Assembly: GCA_051859245.1 (NCBI GenBank)
Contig: JBHYGA010000001.1
Location: 1,405,722 to 1,469,721, forward strand
Origin: Gemmatimonadaceae bacterium
GTDB taxonomy: Bacteria > Gemmatimonadota > Gemmatimonadetes > Gemmatimonadales > Gemmatimonadaceae
Reading direction: 5' to 3'
DNA length: 64,000 nt
Within the stretch, counting starts at the first letter, position 1, and each line of letters opens with the position of its first letter. The notes beneath the pieces were generated by a model. The model was given only the letters and a program-made list of their open reading frames with translations. It searched no databases and was not told where the DNA came from. A program made the position numbers and the translations under genes. Shown here piece by piece: positions 1 to 12,996 of the stretch.

Positions 1-50
1 CGCCGATTCCGCATAACGGCTGCCGTCCGCCCAAGCGTCGGAGAGTCTGA
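1..50 (+). CDS. rpsK: 30S ribosomal protein S11, 3' end (partial)
   Basis: Frame from position 3 reads PIPHNGCRPPKRRRV*, the conserved S11 C-terminus; lies just before rpsD. Confidence 0.95.
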   Translation, partial: PIPHNGCRPPKRRRV

Positions 51-52
51 TC

Positions 53-688
53 ATGGCACGTTATACAGGCGCGTCGTGCCGTCAGTGCCGTCGCGAAGGC
101 CAGAAGTTGTTCCTCAAGGGCACCAAGTGCTTCACCGAGAAGTGCCCGGTTGAGCGTCGTCCGTATGCGCCGGGCCAGCATGGTCAGGCCACGGCGCGTC
201 GCCGCAAGATGTCGGAGTACGCCAAGCAGTTGCGCGAGAAGCAGAAGATCAAGCGCATGTATGGCGTGAGCGAGAAGCAGTTCCGCAACACGTTCGAGAA
301 GGTGGCCACGTTGCCCGGCATCACCGGTCACAACCTGCTCGCCGCGCTCGAAACGCGTCTCGACAATGTGGTGTACCGCATGGGTTTCGCGCCCAGCCGC
401 AAGGCCGCGCGTCAGCTCATCCGTCACCGCCACATCGAGGTCAAGCAGCGCAAGCTCGACATCCCGTCGTACCAGGTGCGTCCGGGTGAAGAAGTGCGCG
501 TGAAGCAGAGCTCACGTGAGCTCGTGCTCGTGCAGGCCGCGATGGAGCAGGCGTCGCGTGGCGCGCCGATGTCGTGGATTGCCGTGGACCGTGAGTCGTT
601 CAGCGGTCGCGTGTTGGAGAAGCCGATTCGTACGGCGATCCCGATCGCGGCGCAGGAACAGCTCGTCGTCGAACTGTACTCCAAGTAA
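53..688 (+). CDS. rpsD: 30S ribosomal protein S4
   Basis: MARYTG..CRQCRREG, PGQHG, QLREKQK, LETRLDNVVYRMGFA, VVELYSK motifs. Confidence 0.98.
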   Translation: MARYTGASCRQCRREGQKLFLKGTKCFTEKCPVERRPYAPGQHGQATARRRKMSEYAKQLREKQKIKRMYGVSEKQFRNTFEKVATLPGITGHNLLAALETRLDNVVYRMGFAPSRKAARQLIRHRHIEVKQRKLDIPSYQVRPGEEVRVKQSSRELVLVQAAMEQASRGAPMSWIAVDRESFSGRVLEKPIRTAIPIAAQEQLVVELYSK

Positions 689-695
689 GTAGCAC

Positions 696-890
696 CATTG
701 GCGGGTCGGCTTCGCGCCGGTCCGCCAATGTGGTGTGCGCTCACGCGTACATCGTTGTCCAGCGACACGCGAGTGTCGATGGTCGGGACCCGCACTCCCG
801 TACGAGCGTGCCACGCGGCGGGGCGAGGCACGGCGTCGCGGTTGCAACGAATGTTGCAATCGTGAGACCAACTTCAGAGACCACACGATT
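696..890 (+). promoter_or_regulatory. Structured rpsD-rpoA intergenic region (several stem-loops)
   Basis: 15-bp stem 696-710/716-730; CGACAC-GCGA-GTGTCG at 762-777; CGTGCC/GGCACG at 807-832; 12-bp stem 837-848/853-864; AATCGTG (858-864) also complements CACGATT (884-890). Confidence 0.5.
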
Positions 891-1973
891 ATGTCGAATC
901 AGATTGACCTGAGCGGATTGGTACGGCCGCAGCTCGTGGAAGCCACGAAGCGCGACGATCAGCCGATGATGGCCGAGTTTCGTCTGCAGCCGCTTGAACG
1001 CGGCTTCGGACACACGTTGGGCAATGCAATGCGTCGTTTGCTGCTCTCATCGCTGCGCGGTTCGGCGGTGTGGGCGTTCCGCATTGATGGGGTGGTGCAC
1101 GAGCACCAGACCATCGCCGGCGTCATTGAAGATGTGCATCAGATTATCGCCAACCTGAAGAATCTCACGTTGGCGTTGCCGGACGATGTGGAATCCACCG
1201 TGGTGCGCCTGAAAAAGGTGGGCCCGGGTGCGGTCACAGCCGCCGACATCGAAGCCACGGGCGGCGTGCGCGTGGTTGGCGCGGCCCATCACCTGTTTAC
1301 GATCACCGACGAGCGCGATCTCTCGGTTGAGCTGTACGTGAACAAGGGACGCGGCTACGTGGAAGCGGAGCAGCATCCGATGGATCGCGCGTTGCCGGTG
1401 GATACGGTGCGCATTGATGCGATTTACAACCCCGTGCGTCGTTGCAACTTCACCGTCGCGGAAACGCGCGTTGGACAGCGCACCGACTACGATCGTCTCA
1501 CCCTCACGGTTGAAACGAACGGCACCATCTCGCCGGAAGAAGCCGTGTCGTACGCGGCCGCGCTGGCGCAGACGCACTTCCAGTACTTCGTGGGCTTTGG
1601 TTCGTCCACGTCGATTTCCATTGGCGCGGCTGATGCCGCGGCCAACAGCGACGCGCTGCGTTTGGCGGAGCTGTTCCGTACCCCGATCGACGACATGGAG
1701 TTGTCCGTTCGCTCGGTTAATTCACTCAAGAACTCGAACATCCGTTCGCTCGGTGACCTCGTGCGTCAGACCGAAGCGCAAATCCTGCAGGTGAAGAACT
1801 TCGGCAAGAAGTCGCTGAACGAAATCGCCGAGCTCCTCGAGCGTCAGGGTTTGAACTTCGGCATGCGGTACGAAGAGTCACCATCGGAAGGCGTTCGCAT
1901 TCTCGATATGGGGACGCCCCCCAGCCGCGCTGCCGAAAACGCGCCGGACGACGAAGAGGAAGACGAGGAGTGA
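891..1973 (+). CDS. rpoA: DNA-directed RNA polymerase alpha subunit
   Basis: [55 protein letters not shown] 891 chosen over the ORF-track start at 735. Confidence 0.97.
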   Translation: MSNQIDLSGLVRPQLVEATKRDDQPMMAEFRLQPLERGFGHTLGNAMRRLLLSSLRGSAVWAFRIDGVVHEHQTIAGVIEDVHQIIANLKNLTLALPDDVESTVVRLKKVGPGAVTAADIEATGGVRVVGAAHHLFTITDERDLSVELYVNKGRGYVEAEQHPMDRALPVDTVRIDAIYNPVRRCNFTVAETRVGQRTDYDRLTLTVETNGTISPEEAVSYAAALAQTHFQYFVGFGSSTSISIGAADAAANSDALRLAELFRTPIDDMELSVRSVNSLKNSNIRSLGDLVRQTEAQILQVKNFGKKSLNEIAELLERQGLNFGMRYEESPSEGVRILDMGTPPSRAAENAPDDEEEDEE

Positions 1974-1977
1974 TGTC

Positions 1978-2334
1978 ATGCGCCATCGCAAGGCCCACCG
2001 CCAGCTAAGGCGGACGAGCGAGCAGCGTCTCGCGCTGCTGCGCAATCTTGCCACCTCGCTCATCGAGGTCGGTGCGATTGAAACGACAGAAGCCAAAGCC
2101 AAGGAGCTGCGGCCGTTTGTCGAGAAGCTGATCACCAAGGCCCGGGCCGGCACGCTGCACGCGCGTCGTCTCGCCGGTCGGCACGTGCGCAAGCGCGAGG
2201 CTGCGGACAAGCTCTTCCAGGAGATTGGTCCGAAGTTCGCCACGCGTAACGGCGGCTACACGCGCATTCTCAAGACCGGTCACCGCAAGGGTGACGGTGC
2301 TGAAATGGCGCGTATCGAGCTCATTCTTAACTGA
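1978..2334 (+). CDS. rplQ: 50S ribosomal protein L17
   Basis: MRHRK..., [39 protein letters not shown]. Confidence 0.98.
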   Translation: MRHRKAHRQLRRTSEQRLALLRNLATSLIEVGAIETTEAKAKELRPFVEKLITKARAGTLHARRLAGRHVRKREAADKLFQEIGPKFATRNGGYTRILKTGHRKGDGAEMARIELILN

Positions 2335-2345
2335 GGGCCGACATC

Positions 2346-2567
2346 ATGGCCATCAATCGCAGTCGCTGCTGGACGTGTAACAAGGGCGTCGCCCATGGCA
2401 ACACGGTCTCGCACGCCAACAACAAAACGCGTCGCGTCTGGAAGCCGAATCTCCAGGTGATGCGTGTGCAGCACGAAGGCGCGATCATCAAGGTGAAGGT
2501 CTGCACGCGTTGCATGTCGGCCGGCAAGGCTGTGCGTGCGCCGCGCGGTCAGGTCGCTGTCGCGTAA
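2346..2567 (+). CDS. rpmB: 50S ribosomal protein L28 (zinc-ribbon form)
   Basis: CWTCNKG..GNTVSHANNKTRRVWKPNLQ..CTRC. Confidence 0.95.
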   Translation: MAINRSRCWTCNKGVAHGNTVSHANNKTRRVWKPNLQVMRVQHEGAIIKVKVCTRCMSAGKAVRAPRGQVAVA

Positions 2568-2595
2568 TGTGTCGCGCCCCGCGCGCGTGATTTGA

Positions 2596-4647
<2,052 letters not shown>

Positions 4648-4664
<17 letters not shown>

Positions 4665-7600
4665 CCTGCACCGGATTCTCGTGATCGGCTCCGGGCCGAT
4701 TGTTATCGGACAGGCCGCCGAATTTGACTACTCCGGAACGCAAGCACTGAAAGCGCTGCGTGAAGAAGGCTATGAAGTGGTGTTGGTGAACTCAAACCCA
4801 GCCACGATCATGACCGATCCGGAGTTTGCCGATCGCACCTACGTTGAGCCGGTCACGCCGGAGTTCGTGGAGAAGGTGATTGCACGCGAACGTCCCGATG
4901 CGATCCTGCCCACGATGGGTGGACAAACGGCGCTCAACGTCGCGCTCACGCTGTACGACTCGGGTGTACTCGCGAAGTACGGCGTTGAACTCATTGGCGC
5001 GAATGCGCGCGCGATTCGCTTGGCGGAAGATCGTAAGTTGTTCGCCGAAGCGATGACGCGGATTGGGTTGAAGAGTCCGGCCGGTCGCACGGTCACATCG
5101 TTCGACGAAGCGGTGGCGGCGGTCGAGGAGTTCGGTTTCCCGTCGATCATTCGTCCGTCGTTTACGCTCGGTGGTTCGGGCGGTGGCGTCGCGTACAATC
5201 GCGAAGAGTTTGAACAGATTGTGCGCCGCGGCCTTGATATGTCGCCCGTGAATTCTGTGCTCGTCGAGCGCTCGTTGCTCGGCTGGAAAGAGTACGAGCT
5301 GGAACTGATGCGCGATCGCATGGACAACGTGATCATTGTGTGCTCCATCGAAAACTTTGATCCGATGGGCGTGCACACGGGCGACTCGATCACGGTCGCA
5401 CCGGCCATGACGTTGACCGATCGCGAGTATCAGACCATGCGCGACGCCGCAATCGCGATCATTCGCGAGATCGGCGTGGACGCCGGCGGTTGCAACATTC
5501 AGTTCGCGGTGAATCCGGAGAACGGCGATCTGATCGTCATCGAAATGAATCCGCGCGTGTCGCGCTCGTCGGCACTCGCGTCAAAAGCCACCGGATATCC
5601 GATCGCGCGTATCAGCGCGAAGCTTTCCGTGGGCTACACGCTCGATGAGTTGCCGAACGACATTACCAAAACGACGCCCGCATCGTTTGAGCCGGTCCTC
5701 GACTACGTGGTGGTCAAGTGTCCGCGCTTTGCGTTTGAGAAGTTTGTGGCGGCCGACCCGGTACTCACCACGCAGATGAAATCGGTGGGCGAGTCGATGG
5801 CGATTGGTCGTACGTTCAAGGAAGCATTTCAGAAAGCGTTGCGTGCGCTTGAGACGGGCCGTATCGGGTGGCAGGTGGCGGACCGTTTGTCGGACGACCG
5901 ACTCTCCGACGAAAGTGTGGAGTCGCTGCGTCGTGCATTGCGCACACCCACACCGGAGCGCGTGTTTCAACTCAAGCGTGCCATGCGCGCCGGTTTCTCC
6001 GTAAGCGAAGTCGCGTCGCTGTCAGGCATTGATCCGTGGTTCATCTCGCAGCTCGCCGAACTGCTCGAAGCCGAAGACGAGTACGCCGCGCTGCCAGCCG
6101 ATGGTCTCACGGCCGACGCCACTCGGCGCATGAAGCGTTTCGGATTCTCTGATCGGCAGCTGGGCAAACTGCGAAGCGAGAGTGAAACAGACGTGCGCAC
6201 GAGACGCTGGGCGCTTGGTGTGCGCCCAGTGTATCGCATGGTCGACACGTGCGCGGGCGAGTTTCCGTCCACCACGCCGTATCTGTACTCCTGTTACGAC
6301 GAAGCCGACGAAGCGCCAACCTCGGACGGTCGAAAAGTGGTGATTCTTGGCTCCGGTCCGAATCGTATCGGACAGGGCGTGGAGTTTGATTACTGCTGCG
6401 TGCGCGCCGTGCTCGCGCTGCGTGAGCAGGGGTTTGAGACGATCATGATCAACTCGAATCCGGAAACGGTGTCGACAGATTTTGACGTCTCGGACAAACT
6501 GTACTTTGAGCCGCTGTCGTTCGAAGATGTGCTGGAGATTGTCACGCGTGAGCAGCCCGAGGGCGTGATCGTACAGTTGGGAGGTCAGACGCCGCTCAAG
6601 CTTACGCGCGCGCTCGAAGCGGCCGGTGTGCGCATTCTCGGCACCTCGCCAGATGCGATTGACATTGCCGAGGATCGCCGTCGGTTTGAGAAGATCGCGC
6701 GCGAACTTGGCATCGCGCAGCCGCCCAATGGTACAGCGACGTCGGTGGAAGAGGCGGTGGAGATTGCCAATCGCATTGGCTATCCGGTGCTGGTGCGTCC
6801 GTCGTACGTGTTGGGCGGCCGAGCGATGGAAATCGTGTACGATGACGAATCGTTGCGCGATTATTTCGACCGCGCGGCTCGCGTGAGCGAGGACCGTCCG
6901 GTGTTGGTGGATTGCTTCCTCGAAGATGCGTTTGAGGCTGACGTTGATGCGCTCAGCGACGGCACCGATGTTGTGATCGGCGCGGTCATGGAGCACATCG
7001 AAGAGGCGGGTATTCACTCAGGTGACTCGGCGTGTGTGTTGCCTCCGTACCTGATTCCGCCGCACGCGGTGGAGACGATGAAGCAGCATGCGATCGCCAT
7101 GGCCAAGGCACTCGGCGTGGTGGGATTGATGAACGCGCAGTTCGCGTACAAGGACGGTGTGGTGTACGTGATCGAAGTGAATCCGCGCGCTTCCCGCACC
7201 ATTCCGTTTGTGTCCAAGGCGATTGGTGTTCCGCTCGCGTCGGTTGCGGCGCGGCTCATGCTGGGCGAAACGCTGGCACAGGTTGGGCTCACGCACGAAC
7301 TGGTACCCGATTTCTACAGCGTGAAAGAAGCGGTATTTCCGTTCAACAAATTCCGTGAGTCAGATCCCGTACTCGGTCCCGAAATGCGTTCCACGGGCGA
7401 AGTCATGGGTATCGACCGCGACTTTGGCACCGCGTTTCTCAAGTCGCAGCTGGCCGCAGACAATGCATTGCCGCGTGAAGGCGCCGTGTTTCTCACGGTG
7501 AACGACAGCGACAAGCCGGCGGCGGCAGAACTGGCGGCGCGTTTGCACGCGCTGGGATTCAAGCTGTACGCCACTGAGGGTACGGCCGCGTTTCTCGATG

Positions 7601-7917
7601 CGCGCGGTGTGCCGGTCACACGCGTGCTCAAGGTGAACGAAGGGCGTCCGCACGGCGTGGACCTGATTGTGAACGGCGAAGTGCATTTGCTGGTGAACAC
7701 ACCGCTCGGCAAGCACGCGCAGCAGGATGACGAACGTTTGCGCATGGCGGCGTTGGCGAATCGCGTGCCGTACACCACCACGCTGAGTGCGGCGAATGCT
7801 GCGTGTGATGCGATTACTGCGCGTCGCTCGAATGATCCGGGTGTGCGTTCGCTGCAGGAGTGGCACGCTGCACTGCATGGGCGACAAGTGCCGATGCCGT
7901 TGGGAGGCGTCGCGTGA
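4648..7917 (+). CDS. carB: Carbamoyl-phosphate synthase large subunit
   Basis: [24 protein letters not shown], two ATP-grasp halves ([19 protein letters not shown]), C-terminal MGS domain. Confidence 0.98.
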
Positions 7918-8639
7918 GTAACGGTGGTGCTGCCGGTCCGGCACGCGCGCCATCGGAAACGGTGGTGGTGAGTGCGAACCCGGAACTTGTTGGCACGCCT
8001 GGTGCGGGGCACGTGTCGCGTGGCGTCACGCTCGGTGCCGGTTCCCTGGTGCACGAATCTGCGTATGTGGATGAAGGTGCAGTGATCGGTACGAACTCGC
8101 GTATCTGGCATTTCGCCCACGTCATGGGCGGCGCGGTGATTGGTGACCGGTGTTCGCTCGGCCAGAACGTCGTTGTGATGAACGGCGTGCGCATTGGCGA
8201 CAACTGCAAGATTCAGAACAACGTGTCGTTGTATGAAGGCGTCGAGCTGGCCGACGATGTGTTCTGCGGCCCGTCGATGGTGTTCACGAATGTCATGAAT
8301 CCGCGCAGCGCCGTGTCTCGCAAGTCGGAGTATCGTCGCACCATGGTGCAGCGCGGCGCCTCGATCGGCGCGAATGCCACCATCGTGTGTGGTGTGACGC
8401 TCGGCGAGTACTGTTTTGTTGGCGCGGGCGCGGTGATAACGCGCGACGTGCCGGCGTACGCGTTGATGGCCGGCGTTCCGTCAAAGCAGCTGGGCTGGAT
8501 GTCGCGTGCGGGCCATCGGATGGCGAGTGATGGGGCGGACGCCAGCGCGAGTGACGCCGAATGGCTGCGTTGCCCGGAAACGGGCGAACGATATCATCGC
8601 GTGGGCAATACCGTGACGCTGGTGGAGGCTGCCGCATGA
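7914..8639 (+). CDS. wbpD: Hexapeptide-repeat N-acetyltransferase, WbpD/WlbB-like
   Basis: [45 protein letters not shown] Shine-Dalgarno before GTG 7914. Confidence 0.85.
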   Translation: MSNGGAAGPARAPSETVVVSANPELVGTPGAGHVSRGVTLGAGSLVHESAYVDEGAVIGTNSRIWHFAHVMGGAVIGDRCSLGQNVVVMNGVRIGDNCKIQNNVSLYEGVELADDVFCGPSMVFTNVMNPRSAVSRKSEYRRTMVQRGASIGANATIVCGVTLGEYCFVGAGAVITRDVPAYALMAGVPSKQLGWMSRAGHRMASDGADASASDAEWLRCPETGERYHRVGNTVTLVEAAA

Positions 8640-9697
8640 GCACGAGCGGAGCTGCAACGGAGCCGGTGCGCATTGCGCTCGTTGGGTGCGGACGCATCAG
8701 CAAGAACCACTTCGATGCGATCGCGCGTGTTGACGGTTTGACCGTGGTGGCGGTGTGCGACACAGTGTCCGAACGTGCGCAGAGCGCCGGCGAGGCGAAC
8801 AACGTGCCGTGGTTTACGAGCCTTGAGGAGATGCTTGAGCGCGTGCCGTCTGATGCGGTGGTGATCGCCACGCCGTCGGGATTGCATCCGCAGCATGGGA
8901 TCATTGCGGCGCGCGCTGGCCGGCATGTCATCGCCGAGAAGCCGATGGCGATTTCACTGCACGCCGCCGACGCCTTGGTGCAAGCATGTGATGACGCGGG
9001 CGTGCGACTGTTTGTGGTGAAGCAGAATCGGTTGAACCCACCGATTCAACTGCTTAAGCGCGCACTCGACAAGGGACGGTTCGGCCGTTTGTACATGGCC
9101 AACTGCACGGTGCGATGGACACGTCCGCAGGAGTACTACGATCAGGCGCCCTGGCGCGGCACGTGGGAGTTTGATGGCGGGGCGTTCATGAATCAGGCGT
9201 CACACTATGTGGACCTGATCCAGTGGTTGGTCGGGCCCGTGGAGAGCGTGATCGCGAAGACGGCCACGCTGGCCCGCAAGATCGAAGCGGAAGATACGGG
9301 CGCGGCCATCTTGCGTTTCCGCAGTGGTGCGCTCGGCGTCCTTGAAGTCACGATGCTCACGTACCCGCGAAACCTCGAAGGCTCGATCACGCTGCTGGGC
9401 GAAAAGGGATCGGTGCGTATTGGTGGAACTGCCGTCAATCGGGTGGAGCACTGGGAGTTTGCCGACTACGACGACGACGACAAACTGGTGGACACCGCGG
9501 CGCCCAATCCACCAACGGTGTATGGCCACGGTCACGAGGGGTATTATCGGAACGTGCTGGCGGTGTTGCGTGGCGAAGCGCAGCCCGACACGGACGGACG
9601 CAGTGGCCGCAAGTCGCTTGAACTGATTCTTGGTATTTATGAGTCGGCCCGTACTGGCCGCGAAGTGCCGCTGCCGCTGCGCAGTGGCGTCGCCTGA
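8636..9697 (+). CDS. wbpB: Gfo/Idh/MocA oxidoreductase, WbpB/WlbA-like
   Basis: VGCGRIS, EKPMA, FVVKQNRLNP, WRGTWEFDGGAFMNQASHYVD. Confidence 0.82.
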   Translation: MSTSGAATEPVRIALVGCGRISKNHFDAIARVDGLTVVAVCDTVSERAQSAGEANNVPWFTSLEEMLERVPSDAVVIATPSGLHPQHGIIAARAGRHVIAEKPMAISLHAADALVQACDDAGVRLFVVKQNRLNPPIQLLKRALDKGRFGRLYMANCTVRWTRPQEYYDQAPWRGTWEFDGGAFMNQASHYVDLIQWLVGPVESVIAKTATLARKIEAEDTGAAILRFRSGALGVLEVTMLTYPRNLEGSITLLGEKGSVRIGGTAVNRVEHWEFADYDDDDKLVDTAAPNPPTVYGHGHEGYYRNVLAVLRGEAQPDTDGRSGRKSLELILGIYESARTGREVPLPLRSGVA

Positions 9698-9725
9698 GTT
9701 TTCTTTCACTTTACCGACCGTTCCG

Positions 9726-10838
9726 ATGGCTGTCCCGCTGCTCGACCTGAAAGCACAACACGCGACGATTCGCGACGAAGTCCTCGCGGCGGCGATGTCC
9801 GTCATCGACGGGCAAACGTTCATTCTTGGTGAGCCCGTTGGTCAGCTCGAGTGCGCCGTGGCCGGCCTCTCCAATACCAAGTACGCGGTGGGTTGCGCGA
9901 ATGGTACGGACGCGCTGCTCATTGCCCTGCGAGCGCTGGGCGTTGGGCACGGCGACGAAGTGGTCACCACGCCGTTCACGTTCTTTGCAACGGCGGGTGC
10001 GATTCATAACGTGGGCGCGCGTCCGGTGTTCGTGGACATCGCACCGACCACGTACAACATCGTGCCGGATGGTGTGGCCTCGGCGGTTTCGTCACGCACG
10101 AAGGCCGTGATTGCGGTGGACCTGTTCGGTCAGATGGCACCGATTGAAGCGGTTGCGGCAGCGGCGCGTAACGTGCCGGTCATTGAAGACGCGGCGCAGA
10201 GCATTGGCGCGCGCCGTCGCGTGGAAGACCGCTGGGTGATGGCCGGTGAAGCGGCCACGATTGGTACGTTCAGTTTCTTCCCGTCCAAGAATCTTGGCGG
10301 ATGGGGCGACGGCGGCATGATGGTCACGCAGAACGAAGAGCTGTTCGAGGCGATGTCCAAGCTGCGCACGCACGGCAGCCGTCGTACGTACTACCACGAA
10401 GTGGTTGGCTACAACAGCCGACTCGATACGCTGCAGGCCGCGGTGTTGCTGGCCAAGTTGCCGCACCTCGCCAAGTGGAGCGCGGCGCGTCGCGAGAATG
10501 CGGCGTTCTATGATGCGGCGTTTGCCGATGTTGGCGAGATCGGGCGTCCCGTCATCGATCCACGGAACGAGTCCATTTTCAATCAGTATACGATCCGTGT
10601 TCCCAAGCGCGACGCGCTGCAGGCGCATTTGAAGGAGGCGGGCATCGGTACCTCGGTGTACTACCCGTTGCCATTGCACCTGCAGCCCTGTTTCGCGTAT
10701 CTGGGGTATCAGGAAGGGCAGTGCCCGGAAGCAGAGCGCGCCTCCCGCGAGGTGCTGTCGCTGCCCATTTATCCCGAACTTTCACGCACCCAGCTCGAAG
10801 AAGTTGCGAGCGCGGTCCGCGCTTTCTTTGGGCGCTAG
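9726..10838 (+). CDS. wbpE: DegT/DnrJ/EryC1/StrS sugar aminotransferase, WbpE-like
   Basis: NGTDAL, PFTFFATA, IEDAAQS, SFFPSKNLG, GYNSRLDTLQAA. Confidence 0.85.
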   Translation: MAVPLLDLKAQHATIRDEVLAAAMSVIDGQTFILGEPVGQLECAVAGLSNTKYAVGCANGTDALLIALRALGVGHGDEVVTTPFTFFATAGAIHNVGARPVFVDIAPTTYNIVPDGVASAVSSRTKAVIAVDLFGQMAPIEAVAAAARNVPVIEDAAQSIGARRRVEDRWVMAGEAATIGTFSFFPSKNLGGWGDGGMMVTQNEELFEAMSKLRTHGSRRTYYHEVVGYNSRLDTLQAAVLLAKLPHLAKWSAARRENAAFYDAAFADVGEIGRPVIDPRNESIFNQYTIRVPKRDALQAHLKEAGIGTSVYYPLPLHLQPCFAYLGYQEGQCPEAERASREVLSLPIYPELSRTQLEEVASAVRAFFGR

Positions 10839-10861
10839 TCGCCCAGCATTGGAGAACACGC

Positions 10862-12187
10862 ATGCAGGATAGAGTGCTCGCAAAGATTCACGACCGGTCC
10901 GCCATTGTTGGTGTGATTGGACTCGGTTACGTGGGACTGCCGCTCGCGATGGAGTTTGCGCGCGCCGGATTCCGCGTGATTGGCTACGACGTGAGTCCGC
11001 GAGTGATCGACACGCTCATGAGCGGCCAGTCGCACATTCAGGACGTCAAGTCGTCCGATGTGGCGGCGGTCGTGGCGAACGGATCGTTTGTTGCCACCAC
11101 GATCGAGTCGCGGCTGGGCGAGTGCGATGCGATCTCCATTGCGGTGCCCACCCCGCTGTCGAAGACGCGTGACCCCGATATGTCGTTTGTGCTCGCGGCG
11201 GCCGACGCCGTGCAACGCCACGCGCACAAGGGCATGCTGGTGGTGCTCGAGAGCACCACGTATCCGGGCACGACTCGCGAACTGCTGCAGCCGCGCATGG
11301 AAGCCGCCGGCCTCGAAGTGGGCCGCGACGTATTCCTTGCCTTCAGTCCGGAGCGCGTTGATCCGGGTAACCCGGTGTACAACACACACAACACGCCCAA
11401 GGTGGTGGGCGGCATCACACCCGGCTGTGTCGCCACCGCGAGCGCGCTCTACGAGACGTGTATCGAGACGGTTGTGCCGGTGTCGTCACCGGAAGCCGCG
11501 GAGCTGGTCAAGCTGCTGGAGAACACGTTCCGGGCCGTGAACATTGGCCTGGTGAACGAAATCGCGATCGTGTGTGACAAACTGGGCGTTAACGTGTGGG
11601 AAGTCATCGACGCGGCGGCGACCAAGCCGTTCGGGTTCATGAAGTTCACACCGGGGCCCGGTATCGGCGGACACTGCATTCCGCTTGATCCGCACTATCT
11701 CGCCTGGAAAATGCGCACGCTCAACTACAAAACCCGATTCATCGATCTCGCCAGCGAGATCAACTCGCAGATGCCGGACTATGTGGTCGAGAAGGTATCA
11801 CGCGCGTTGAACGATGAATCCAAGTCGGTGCGCGGTAGTCGCATTCTTGTGCTTGGCGTGGCCTACAAGCGCGATATCGATGATGTCCGTGAGAGCCCGG
11901 CGCTTGATATCATCCGATTGCTGGAAGAACGCGGCGCCCACGTGGAATATCACGACCCGTTCGTCAGTCAGATTCGTGAAGATGATCACGTGCGTCGCAC
12001 GGTGGATCTCTCCGATGACATGCTGCGATGGGCCGATGCGTGTGTGGTGGTGACTGATCACAAACAAATGGCGTGGCAGCGCGTAGTGGATCACGCATCG
12101 CTGGTCGTTGATACACGAAATGTGTGCGCCGGTCTGACGCCGGGTCGTGCACGGGTCGTTGCTCTTGCTTCGGGGCATGTGGCGTGA
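10862..12187 (+). CDS. wbpA: UDP-N-acetyl-hexosamine 6-dehydrogenase, WbpA-like
   Basis: GLGYVGLP, LESTTYPGTT, FSPERVDPGN, KLLENTFRAVNI, GPGIGGHCIPLDP. Confidence 0.88.
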   Translation: MQDRVLAKIHDRSAIVGVIGLGYVGLPLAMEFARAGFRVIGYDVSPRVIDTLMSGQSHIQDVKSSDVAAVVANGSFVATTIESRLGECDAISIAVPTPLSKTRDPDMSFVLAAADAVQRHAHKGMLVVLESTTYPGTTRELLQPRMEAAGLEVGRDVFLAFSPERVDPGNPVYNTHNTPKVVGGITPGCVATASALYETCIETVVPVSSPEAAELVKLLENTFRAVNIGLVNEIAIVCDKLGVNVWEVIDAAATKPFGFMKFTPGPGIGGHCIPLDPHYLAWKMRTLNYKTRFIDLASEINSQMPDYVVEKVSRALNDESKSVRGSRILVLGVAYKRDIDDVRESPALDIIRLLEERGAHVEYHDPFVSQIREDDHVRRTVDLSDDMLRWADACVVVTDHKQMAWQRVVDHASLVVDTRNVCAGLTPGRARVVALASGHVA

Positions 12188-12996
12188 GTGCTGTGTGGCG
12201 TCGTTCTCGTCCGATTTTTCTGGTTGCGCTCACCCTGAGCAGTGTGGTGGGTTGCCGACGTGGTTTTCAGCCACGGGATTTTGCGAATCCCGAAGCGCTG
12301 TTCCGCGGGGCAATGCAGGAGTACAGCCAAGGCAAGTGGGCCAATGCGATTGCCGGCTTTGAGCGGCTGACGATTGATCTCTCGTCTCGCGACTCGTTGC
12401 TGGTCCCCACGTACTACTACCTCGCGATGGCGCATGAGAATCGCGAGGAGTTTCTGCTGTCGGCGCAGGCCTACGCGCGGTTGAGCGATGGTTTCCCGTC
12501 CGATACGCTCGCGCCGCGTGCGATGCTCGGCGAGGGACGCTCGTACCAGCGGTTGTGGCGCAAGCCCGTACTCGACGCCGACTACGGCGTGAAGGCGCTG
12601 GGTACGTATCGCGTCTTGCTCACCACGTTTCCGGATACGCCCGAAGCGGCGGAAGCGACCAGGAGTATTGCGGAAGTCGAAGACTGGCTCGCCAAGAAGG
12701 ATTACGAAGTGGGCATGCACTACATGCGCACTCGAAAGGCCTACGACTCCGCGATCATCTACTTCGAAGACGTCATTGAGACGTACCCGTCCACCCCCCA
12801 CGCCAAAAAGGCGTGGCTGGCGATGGTTCGCGCGTACCGGGCCCGGAAGTGGAACGAAGAAGCCGTTGAGACGTGCGTTGAGCTGCATCAGCGCTATCAA
12901 GGTGACGCCGAGGTGGTCGAGCTCTGCGGACCGCCTCCCCGTGCGCCGACGGACACGGCCCCGTCCACGCCGCCACGCCCGCCGCTCAACGATTAA
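12184..12996 (+). CDS. bamD: Outer membrane protein assembly lipoprotein BamD
   Basis: Lipobox-like VVGC, TPR-like helices, LAKKDYEVGMHY..AIIYFEDVIETYP. Confidence 0.8.
   Translation: MSAVWRRSRPIFLVALTLSSVVGCRRGFQPRDFANPEALFRGAMQEYSQGKWANAIAGFERLTIDLSSRDSLLVPTYYYLAMAHENREEFLLSAQAYARLSDGFPSDTLAPRAMLGEGRSYQRLWRKPVLDADYGVKALGTYRVLLTTFPDTPEAAEATRSIAEVEDWLAKKDYEVGMHYMRTRKAYDSAIIYFEDVIETYPSTPHAKKAWLAMVRAYRARKWNEEAVETCVELHQRYQGDAEVVELCGPPPRAPTDTAPSTPPRPPLND

Noticed and set aside
735..890. N-terminal extensions given by the ORF track for rpoA (also gmd, carB, secA, radC, tolB, ppiD)
   Set aside because: Family similarity and Shine-Dalgarno or gene-overlap evidence point to downstream starts
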